DNA from: Haliotis rubra | Lineage: Eukaryota | DNA: 64,000 nt | Assembly (NCBI RefSeq): GCF_003918875.1 | Contig: NW_025767020.1 | Location: 1 to 64,000, forward strand | Direction of reading: 5' to 3' | The notes under the pieces: model-generated | What the model was told of the DNA's origin: nothing | Databases searched by the model: none | Seen by the model: only the letters and a program-made list of their open reading frames with translations | Made by a program: the position numbers and the translations under genes | Shown here: piece by piece, positions 53,101 to 64,000 of the stretch | Layout: each line of letters starts with the position of its first letter | Numbering within the stretch: position 1 is the first letter of the stretch

Positions 53101-54320
53101 GCCAGACTGTCGTATGTGTCAAGTGTGCGTTATGCTGTTTACCTGCACTTGAGTTACACTAATATCATTACTGAAGTCTTGATGCGACAGTTCGGTAAAT
53201 TACAGCCTGAAAGGTATTTTTCCGAGAAGCAAAGGAATATTCTGAATATTTTTTAAATTACTGTTTGGAAAGTTTGTAAAATAGTAAGCGACAACAACAT
53301 TTGTGGTTGTAACTTCAATGTTTACTGAATTTGTTACCGATCGTCAGCTGGTGAACATAGGTCCACTAACTACTGAAACTCTGTGCATAGGATTTCAGAA
53401 GATTCGTAGCATTGGAACCAAACTATACAGATATTTGTTTATATTTCTCAATTGCTTATTTGTACTTCAAATGACAGTGGTAGACATAGCTGACAAATAA
53501 ATATCAATCAGGGTTTCATTATTAAATTGTTGTGTTCTTTATTTACTGTTGAGTACATGAACTTAAAAACTGTACAACAGTATGAGATATCTTGGTACAC
53601 AAGCTGTGGTGGAACTGAGATACCCATGGTCACCTCAATAAACGCACACCGTGCAAAGATGGCATTGGTATTGGTCCTTCAAGGATAGTCAAATGTCCTG
53701 TAAAACTGGTAATATTTACCAGCTATCATATTTGCAAAATGTCACCATTACTGAAGATGCCTTGTTTAGGCAATCTTCCTGTGTCCTGTTGAATGTGATA
53801 GGAGCCTCTGCCCTTTGTACACAATGTGGTATATAGTCTTATAGCAAGAACATCCTGCAACGCAAACATCTACCAGGCAACACATCATTATTAACACATG
53901 GCACGCTCATCTGGCATTCAATGGACACGATTTAACTACCTATGTGAAATAACATGGTGCTTAAAGTATAAAATTCAGTACATGACAACCTGTATTCACT
54001 TCATCAATTACATACTGTTTACTGCAAATCAGCATTGTGTAACCTAAGACCCTTATAACAATCGCATTAAAACCCACAGAAACTGAGGTTCCTTACATTT
54101 GTATTAAACACGACTTTAAAAAGAAACTAATGCTCAAATAAGTGGTTCAATCTGCAAATACAACACTATGGATTAGCATTACACTGGACAGTCTTAATTT
54201 GTGCCTTCATTTCCAACAGTTGACAAAGTGATTGACCATGACCAGGTAACCATGGTAACATGTTGTTGTATTTTAGTTAATAAATAAGTTATATGAAAAC
54301 AAAAATATGTAAAAAAAATA

Positions 54321-54508
54321 NNNNNNNNNNNNNNNNNNNNNNNNNNNNNNNNNNNNNNNNNNNNNNNNNNNNNNNNNNNNNNNNNNNNNNNNNNNNNNNN
54401 NNNNNNNNNNNNNNNNNNNNNNNNNNNNNNNNNNNNNNNNNNNNNNNNNNNNNNNNNNNNNNNNNNNNNNNNNNNNNNNNNNNNNNNNNNNNNNNNNNNN
54501 NNNNNNNN
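54321..54508. other. Assembly gap (N run)
   Basis: Direct observation. Confidence 0.99.
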
Positions 54509-54529
54509 TATGTAATGAATAAATAAATA

Positions 54530-56565
54530 AAAGAGAGTAACTAACTTAATAATAATACTTCATTCATTCACACATTCACACCAAAGCATACATACCCAGT
54601 TACTAAATAGATCATATTTCTTCATTAGTTAAGTTTCCTTTCAAAGTCATCAAGCATAGCTTTTTAACAATGTCTAGCTTTTTCTTTCAAAGAATAGTAT
54701 CTTAATTCTTTCTTGAAGTGGGAGACGGTTGGTGATTTCTTTTGCAGCTTCCATTTATATATATGATACTTGGCAAGTAGCAAAATAAGATGAAAGATAT
54801 CATCAGTTTGGAAAGTGGATGAACAACCAAAAAGGATCAGATCAACCTGGAAATTAATAATACCTGTGTGTGAGCAGTTTTGTTCAATCCACTGAGAAAG
54901 CTTTTGCCAAAAATGTTTACCTTACTACTTTAGTTCCAGAAAAGGTGAAGTATAGATTCAGGCTCACTCACACAGAATGTGCAAAGATTATTATCAACAA
55001 TATTCATTCTATGAAGCAAGCTATATTGCATCTTAATTTGGGATCAGGACTTGTCTTAAAGGGTTTTATAAAGATATCGCTCCAATTAATATTAATCAAA
55101 GTTTCATCTTCCCATTTTTCTATGATCTTCAATTTTTTCACCTTCAGTGATTTTAAAATAATAGCTCTTTGATATTTTTTTACATGAAAAAGATTATTCA
55201 TATTTATGTTTATAAGGTTATCTAACATCACATTTGAGGTTTTCTTAATCCCTGTAGCTTTAAGGTACTTACTAACTGCTTTTACAATACCATGAAATTC
55301 AGTAAAATTTATATTGTAAACTTTATGACAAACTGTACACGCGTCAAAAAGTTACCATCATCATTCAGTAAACAATGAATATTAACAATGTCATGTTCTT
55401 GAAATGTTTTTCTGTAGAAAGATTTGCCATCTATAATTATGTTTCTGTTATACAAAAGGGGTTCCCTAAGAAAATCTTTAAAGGTATTTGGTTTATTTTT
55501 ATAGCTATAATTGGCAAAAGCGTTCAGAGTATCTTTCCAGAAAATATTCTGTATAGATTTTGAATGCGTGTGTGGAAAGTCGCTACCAAACATTGTAAGG
55601 TTTAAATATTGTGGAAGTGTTTCTATCAGTAGGTGTTTCCACTTTCTAGCATAGTTTTGTTGTAGTAGCTTTCTAATCCATGTTACTTTCAGGGCATCGA
55701 CATAGGCATATATGTCGATCATGCCAAGCCCACCCTCAACAATTGGTCTACAAACTATTGTTCGTTTAATTTTGTCAGGGTTATTATCCCAGAGAAAACC
55801 AAATAGCATACTATTTAACTTTTTAAGAAAAACACCATGTGGATTGGGCAGAGTAAGGAAAAGGAAATTTAATTTGGAAATGAGCAGTGACTTGATAATA
55901 GCAATTTTACCTAGAGGGGTTGTAGTTCTCTTCATCCATCGTTAAATAATTTCTTCAATTTCATATAGCTTACTTTCATAATTTAGCTTAATCATCTTGT
56001 TAATATCAGTTGAGAAAATTATCCCCAAGATCTTAAAGTTTTCTTGGTTCCAACGTAGGTTTAGATCTGGTCTGAATTTAGCATTACTATTTCTACAACT
56101 TCCTATCCAAATCACTTCTGATTTATCATAGTTAATATTAAGTCCAGAGATTTGTGCATACAGATCTAGTATGACTCAATGACTCCTTCGAATGATTTCC
56201 TTGAGCCATCCAGGATAAATTCTGTGTCATCTGCATATTGGGCGATCAAGTGTTCTATGTTATTTACCACTACACCCTTGATATTTTCATTTTTTTCTAA
56301 TAAGAGCTGATAGTATTTCAGCACACAGTAGGAAGATATATGGTGACGAAGAATAGGTATCCAGGGAGACATTTTACCATTTATGACTAAACTTGATTTA
56401 GTATCTTCATAGAGACTCATTAAAGAAACCCATTTAATAATACCATCACCAAAACCCAAATATTTCAATGTTTTAAAAATAAAGGACCAAGATACTGAGT
56501 CGAATGCCTTTTCAAAGTCTACGAGTAACAACATTCCTGGTAATTGCTTCGATTCTGTATGTAGA
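54530..56565 (-). mobile_element. 5'-truncated L1/Tx1-clade LINE (ORF2 RT), degenerate
   Basis: LLVDFEKAFDSVSW, QYADDT, GKIAIIKSLLISK, EGGLGMID motifs; frameshifts present. Confidence 0.92.
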
Positions 56566-56889
56566 ATTATTACTAAATGAATTATTAGAATGAATTATTA
56601 GAATCATTATTAAATATCCAGAAGTTTTCTTGGAGGCATTCAGGGGAATAAACTAAAGACACGTCCTTGTCCACACGATATGCGATGCTATCATATACTT
56701 TAATTTTTAAAGGAATCGTCTCCCACAAGTTGTCAGCTTAAATGCAAATTCGTACTGTGTCTATTACAAATGGTTATGATGTAGTTATGTATATGGTTTT
56801 AAAGGCAAATTCTGACATCATAGAAAATAAGCTCACGGAGAGAATTGATGCCTACAGCACTGTCGTCTACGGTGCGTCACTTTCAATTC

Positions 56890-57120
56890 GAGACCCATGA
56901 AGGAACGGGTTAGAATTGATCTTCAGCAACCAATGATTGTTGTAAGATGCGTCTAACGGGATCAGGTGGTCAGTCTCATGGACTTGGTTGACACATGTCA
57001 TCGTATCGATACAAGATCGATACTCATGATGTCAATCACTGGATTGTCCATTGCAGGCTCGACTATAAACAGGCCATCGTCATAAAGCTGGAATATTGCG
57101 GCGTTAGACAACAAACAAAT
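56890..57120 (+). mobile_element. SINE family 2 (also 58100-58290 +, 62750-62960 -)
   Basis: Matches other copies. Confidence 0.8.
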
Positions 57121-57699
57121 GAATCTATCTATCATGAGCCGAGGGTAGTAACTTAATCCATCGTACATATATACTTTCGACAGAAGCAAAAATGCAGAAG
57201 ACTGGAGCCGATTATTTCCGAATCCACTTTGAGATTAGTTCTTGAAATTTTGTTTCATAACCAGATGAAGCCCGGGTCGACACTTTACACTGAGAATAGC
57301 GTATCGTGATCTTTCTGGATGTGAAAGTGTGTCACAAGCTATAGCGATACATGATGTTATTATCTGAAGTGTATTCGTGAATTTTTCTTCAGCTAGAAAT
57401 TCAATAATCTATACGTTTTCGGTAACCTTCTGATACCAAAGATATGCTCTCATTATTAAAGTCAGGATGAGGTATTAATATCTTATTCAACTGAACTGGA
57501 GTGTCCTCTTCATCAATGGGGAAGCAATTTCTCTAAGTGAACCAGTAAAACAGTTACCAAAATATGTTCCCTACATAGTCCGACATAGTCTCAAATTGGA
57601 GCGTGGCTAGTTTTGGATGACCATGAATTATCACGCTAATTGCCTTATTTTACATCACGTCGTTAATAGAGAACTAATGACTATTTTAGTACACTTATC

Positions 57700-57812
57700 T
57701 CGGAGACATCTCCGCTTGTTTGAACCCGGAAGTATGTTTCTTATGGGAACGGATATGACATTACTGTTATTGATCTACTTGAGACGAATGGTCGTTAACT
57801 GCCTGTTTACCC
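57700..57812 (-). other. Paralog of the small leader exon (donor mutated to ataagt)
   Basis: tatttag|GGTAAACAG..ACCATTCGTCTCAAG..ACTTCCGGGTTCAAAC. Confidence 0.55.
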
Positions 57813-58894
57813 TAAATACAGACAACGTCATTAAGTCGGATATTCACAGCAGTGCCTGGCTGTGTGCCTCCGGAAAATGTCAGACAAGTGTCCAAAGATT
57901 TAACATTACACGATTGGATGTATCTGTAAGGCGACTCGATTTCATTCATAGGTAGGGTACCGTGGTATCTTTCACATTGGAGTACATTCATTACATTCTC
58001 AATTAACTTTAGTTAAACAGCGATAAGATTTCATTGCCACTTTTGATTAAAACAAGAAATTGCAGAAATGCAATCCCTAAATCCACAGCTTTTGATACAT
58101 CAAAAAGGGTCGACAAGATCCGAAATAGGTCTTCGCAGATGAATGCAATGTCCGACTAAATCCACTATAAAATGTATCGATCAATTGCGCAGATCGATGT
58201 TATGCTGTTGATCACTGGATTGTCTGGTCCAGACTCGATTAACAGACCGGCCATATAGTAAATTGCTGATGCGGCGTACAAACTCACTTGGCTGTGCTTC
58301 AGCTGCTGTTTACTGAGCCATGTGGTCAGAATACAAAAGTAAGGAATTGAGCGAAAGTGGATTTTGGTGAATTATAAATGAAGCGGAAACGGATTGTTAA
58401 TTATAAAAAATGATATTACGACACAAAGCAGAGGCCTGTCACTGACAAATGCCAGTCAACAATGAACACATTGATCGGGTAACAACTGACGCCAATATCG
58501 GAAACTTCGAAAAACAAAGTCTCAGTGAACCGTCACCCTTCCCACGTTTACCTTATGAGTGTTCTCTTCAACCTTGCTGAACAAATTAGAATCAGAGACA
58601 CTGCACATTAATCAAGGTGCAATCTGTCTGATATCTAAATTGGGCGTGTCACTGTGTCATAATGGTTGTTATTTGAATTTTCGCATTGTTAAAAAAAGAA
58701 ATATATGCCCAAAGTCCAGATCAGTCCATTTTATAACAACCTGTTATGCTTGTTCTTGTCCCAAACTGAACCAGATGGGGGTCGTCCTGACTTTGCTATC
58801 CTGCATTAGCTGTACACAAATGTCAGAGAAACCTCATTGGACCAAAATCTGTAAAACCGGAAGTAATTTTGAAAAGAAATACACTGAACAATGA

Positions 58895-61800
58895 AATATA
58901 TCTTATTAAGCAAACTGTGGCACCGTCAAATGAACATGAATCCCTACTGATGCCGATGTATGGATAGAAATGTAAAAGAATGGTGTTTGGGACAGATTGC
59001 TGCAATCGATTTTACGTGAAGGTTAGATTGTTGGGGATTACCCAAGAATGTGAGGTTAAATGAAGTTACGATCATGGTACGATTCCTTAGTGTTGTGGAC
59101 CTAACTTTCAAGTCAAGCAGTATTCTTGAATCTGTATTCTTACCCCTTTGACAGGGAGAGTTTTGTGTTGAAGCTTACCGCTACGTGGTGAGACAATGAA
59201 CATGAGAACACATGACAAAATGTGATAAATGACCTGTCGTTACAGGAGGGAATAGCATCAACACTTTTGTACAGCCATAAAGAAATTACTTATGAGGCAT
59301 GGGCTCTACCGCCAAACATGTGAGAGAGTAGGTGGTGGGGTGATGGATTGGGTGGTGGGGTGATGGATTGGGTGGTGGAGTGAGTAAGGTGGGTCTTACA
59401 TCGCTTTTAGCAACAACGCGGGGTGGGGATAGGGTGGGGTAGGGGCAACAGGGGGCACCCAAGTAGGGAATCGAACTCGGGCCTTCGGCGTCCCGCGTAG
59501 ACGCTTGAACCAGTGTACTATCCCATCGGCCTCTTTCTGTGTGAGAGTGAATTAGCCGGTGAGTTGGGTTTAAGGCCGCTTCATATAGTATTCCAGTTGT
59601 CAGTTGTCGGATGAAGGTCCGAAGTGATGCAGGTCTCAGACATTGAATACTTTGATGGAACCCACGAGGACCTTCTGGTTCTGACACACCAACAAACATA
59701 ATTGGGTGAAGTCAATATTACAGGTTCCTTGAGTGCCAATGGGACGCAACTCCTTACATCGAATTGCAGCACTCAGATGGACATTTGGGTCAGGGTAATG
59801 GCAACACGATGAGATACTGATAATACGAATGAGAAGAGGGATGAACTGCTTACAACATTGTGGGGTTGAAATTATGGATGCGATATTCATCAATTAAGAC
59901 AACTTGATCAAGGTGTCAGTGGCCATTTCTTAACCATGATTGTGGTGGTAAGATCGAAGTTTTGTGGTTTGCGTGTGAGTATGAAATGCTGCATTGTATT
60001 TGATAATATCCCTCAGTCACGAAGTCATTCCATTTCATTGCAGTAAATTGGGGCGGTGGGGTAGTGGTTAAAGCGTTGGCTCGTCACGCCGAAGACCCGG
60101 GTTCGAATCCCCAAATGGGTACAATGTGTGAAGCCCATTTCTGGTGTCCCCCGCCATGATGTTGCTGGAATATTGCTAAAAGCAGCGTAAAACCAAACTC
60201 AGTCAGTCAGTCAGTCAGTAAGTCATTGCAGTAACAGGATAGATACACCACTCTTAATACAACCAGGAAGCAATCATAGTATGGTTAAAACCCATAATCA
60301 CCGACCCATCGCCCTTGAGGATGTTCAGAGATTGTGAAGAAACTTCTCTGATTGGTATCACATGTTTAGCTTGTTTATAAAAGTCAGAACAACGCATCTT
60401 GACATGTCACAGCTGTACAAATACGCAAGCCACAACCACACCGGCACAGCACAGCAACGTCTACAAACATCACCACCACGCCTACACACGTCACCACCAC
60501 GATTACAGACAGACCGCCTACTACGCCAACACAGTGGCCCTCATCACGCCTACACAAAGGCGATCCATGACAACCATCTGTAACTAACAACGCCTTTACA
60601 TACATATCACTGTCACTATCTAGACATGTCCACAACAATCCCTCCCATGCCTAGAAGTAACATGTACCTATACATTTACTCAATTATCACATTGACCAAA
60701 ATTCCAGACAGTGCGAGACAGTATATTTTGACATGTGGATTTGTCCAATTGGCTGGAAAACAGTATCGTATAACCAGATGAACAAGCGATCCATGACATC
60801 CATCTGCAGTTATTAACGTTACTATGTCTACATGAAGTTAGTTAAGCAGTTCAAGTTCACAACATATGGTGATTAGTCTGGGGATCATGATAGAAATAGA
60901 AACAGTTAATTGGCTGGTATACCTGAGGTGATCATGACTAACATCCGCGTCAAAGATAGCCTGTCCAGTGTCATGGTTAATGTGTGTAAAAATAAGCCTG
61001 CAGATCCATGTGAAATTTAATTATTGACTTGATCAGTTTATTCCAAAAGGAACTCTTTATTCTTGTATAATATTACATATATCAATTTCGGGTTATGTCT
61101 CAAACTCTCTTGAACACATGCCGCATTTGGAGTTCTTGATCAATGTTTCTTTACCTTAATCTGTGAATGTTTGGTATTGTACGACATAGCACGTATGTTG
61201 CAGTAAAGTAAATGTGTTGCGACAAATTATAGGCTAGGAAGACTTAATTGTCAAAATCAAACATGGTTCAATGAAAAATGGAACTCGAATGAGGTTGATA
61301 GGTTGTGACATTGTTTTTGTGAGGTTGATAGTAAAATATGTCCACTCAACAGCGAGAACAGATTAGACTGAGACATATACATTAAGTAAGATTTACGGGG
61401 GTGAGCGAGTTGGGACATGGGACGGTGACTTCAGTCATAAACGTTGAGCATATCTGGGAATATCTATAAAATGTAGACACCAAGGGTGTATGGCTGATAA
61501 ACGAAACATGCACAACATTCATCCCGATCTTCCACGGAATACAGAGAGCACGATGAGGGACTAGATGCAGCAATGTAGATTATCCTGGAAGATCCAAGTT
61601 AGAATTGGTCTTGAGCAGCCCATGCTTGCCGTAAGAGGCGTCGAACGCGATCGGGTGTATCCGGTAATATAAAGAAAAGGGCTGAGGGCCTCAAACAGTG
61701 GCCATAACGTAGTGGCCACTACGCCACAGCGATACATTGTATTGTCAAGTTTTCATACTCAGTTCAATTCTTGACGGACAGTTCAGGGCCACAGAAATAC

Positions 61801-62282
61801 ATTAATACATATTCTTTCGGTAAAACGCCCCATCCAACAGCACAGATTTCCCTGATTCACCCGGATCATATTGGATTCGAACACTGACACTTCATCATCT
61901 CCATCCATGATTATTACCAACCCTGCCTGATTCGACATTTGAGATATCGTATACAACGCATTAGTAACCTTGTAGAATAATGATGACTTTGTCTATTTTT
62001 ATCACGAAGATCATTTTTTCATTGGCCTAGGTTTCACTAGGTATGACATTCAACCTCTCTAAACAAGCGGTCAAGGAATAGCACACTCGTTTGAAATACC
62101 AATTCCATCTGGTTTTGCCACGGAAATACTAACAAGACTTCACAGAAGGCACGAAGAGAAGCAGTTTTCATGTAGTGAGTTCCAACGATCAGTCCTCTGC
62201 CTGAGAGAGGAAGGATTTATGGCTCTGCAAACCAGGCATGCTATTTCCAGTCTAGCTTATCAACAAGAATGTGTGTTGCATC
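58895..62282 (-). pseudogene. TLR-like pseudogenes e + f (copy 3, most complete)
   Basis: TM VGVVGGLSVIVVVTCVGVVVMFV; TIR-like RWV..NDFVTEG..SISYSH..SW; then LRR-CT-like NYVC..EPEGPRG..IKVFNV and a second TIR (YHDRNFI). SINE at 60050-60220 with TSD tcattgcagtaa. Confidence 0.65.
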
Positions 62283-63239
62283 TCAAATGGGAGATTAGCT
62301 GTTTCATAATCCCCGCTAATTTTCAAAATATCGTTCTATCTCCCACATGGGTACAATGTGTGAAGCCCACTTTTGGTGTCCCCCGCCGTCATATTGCTGG
62401 AATATTGCTAAAAGCGGCGTAAAACTAAACTCAGTCAGTCAGTATCAAAAGATCATGAGTGCAAGTAAGTAAGTGAGTGAGGAAAATAATGACCATTTTG
62501 GTACACTTGCCTTGAGACCTTTTCATCCTTCGTTTGAACCCGGAAGTGTCGTGGGTGTGCTGTTGTTGATCCTCTTGAGACGAATGGTCTGTAGCTATTT
62601 ATCCTAAATACAAACAAAACAACAAGCCATAATAATGACCCACAACCGCGTATGAGAACTATATGCATGTGTCGACACGTCGACACGTCAACTCAGTATT
62701 GAACACCTTGCGAATATACATACACACAGGAAGAATCTATATATGAATGTGTGTTTGTTGTTTAACGCAGCAATTGGCCACATTCTAGCTTTAAGACAGC
62801 GGTCTGCAAATAATCGTGTCTGGACAAACAATCCAGTGATCAACAGCATGATCATCGACCAACTTAACTGGGATACGATGACATGCAGTACCCAAGTCAA
62901 CCCTAACCACCCGATCCCGTTAGTTGCCACTTGCCACAAGCATCGGTTGCTGGATCTTCATGAGCATTGATTGTACTTACTCGAAGCATGCAACTTAAGC
63001 TATGATGTTGAAAGTAAACTTACACCAAGACCGGTTTGATAGATTATATTTACAAGTGATGAAGTATACCTTAGATTCCTACACACTTAAATTGTTCAGA
63101 TGTTCATGCAGTTCATATCTTTCATCTTTAGTAATGACTCTGCAATGGTGTGACAAACTTAAAGACATCAAGTTTTCATATATGTGCTGGTAATTCAGCT
63201 TATTATATTTTGAAATTATCAAAGTAATACATCAAAATG

Positions 63240-64000
63240 CCAGATTCGTCCTCGTCATAACGAAGTATGTCTTCATTTTTAACAAAGGTATACTCTTCCA
63301 AGAAAAGGACGCCAATGCTTTTCTTAGATGTATACTTTATGTATTATATAGGCAATCAAGAGATCACGATAAAGTGTTCAAATTTGGCTGCGGTCATTAC
63401 ATTATCAAACATTTCAATCTGTCATGAGGTGGTGGTCAAGGATTCAAGGAATAATAGTAATGTCATTAATGACATACTTAATGTCTGAATGCAGACATGC
63501 TTCAAGTCATATTCAGGATCGACATTGTCGATGGACGTGTCACCTGACTGAGGTCAGATTCTGAACTTTCGCATAGATGTACCCGGCCTATTAATTAAGC
63601 ACATTAGGCAAGGCATACATGTGCACAACAAAAGAGCACTGTCCATTTTCAGTAGTTTTACAGTACTGCACATATGCGCTCCATAAACGCCCGCAACGCC
63701 CATTATTTAGATACTTCTGTTCATTGAAGACAAGGTCCTCAACAGCTTTTAGTCATGCGTGGAAAAGATAGCCTCGTCACATAGCCAATTGAATGGTCAG
63801 GCGTTAGGTGACATGCATCAACTAAGTGTATTTTTTCAGGTGAACACTTGTCGTGCCCCTGCATGTGTTTTTGATGTGTTTCACGTCCCATCGGTATTTT
63901 TGTCAGCCAATAACGAAGTTTAAACAGATACTTGTTCAAAATAAATACAAGTCGTATTGACAAGCATTTGTCTCATATATTTTCACTAAAAACAATATGA
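63240..64000 (-). pseudogene. Chimeric fragment: internal paralog d (63240-63750) joined to internal paralog a (63755-64000)
   Basis: 63240-63750 matches 25600-26165 and 47400-47810; 63755-64000 matches 1857-2210. Confidence 0.65.

Noticed and set aside
1-64000. Endogenous virus, CRISPR array, or strand-biased piRNA cluster
   Set aside because: No viral hallmark motifs and no repeat-spacer periodicity; independent SINE insertions occur in both orientations.

Overview
AT-rich eukaryotic genomic DNA, most likely a marine mollusc. The dominant tRNA-derived SINE families look abalone (Haliotis)-like to me, but that is inference. No intact protein-coding gene is visible. Manual translation across frameshifts suggests a cluster of heavily degenerate, co-oriented (all minus-strand) Toll-like-receptor-type pseudogenes with signal peptide, LRR, LRR-CT, TM and TIR remnants. 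About 6-8 paralog types (labelled a-i here) recur 2-4 times through kb-scale segmental duplications, with deletions, chimeric junctions and one gene nested inside another. Mobile elements include a CR1/L2-group LINE, an L1/Tx1 LINE, and a Tc1 (DD34E) element carrying a nested Crypton-like tyrosine-recombinase element with att-like ends, itself hit by a SINE. There are also two hAT MITEs, a foldback MITE, many SINEs and one assembly gap. TLR calls rest on motif recognition in broken frames and need HMM confirmation; gene boundaries are approximate.
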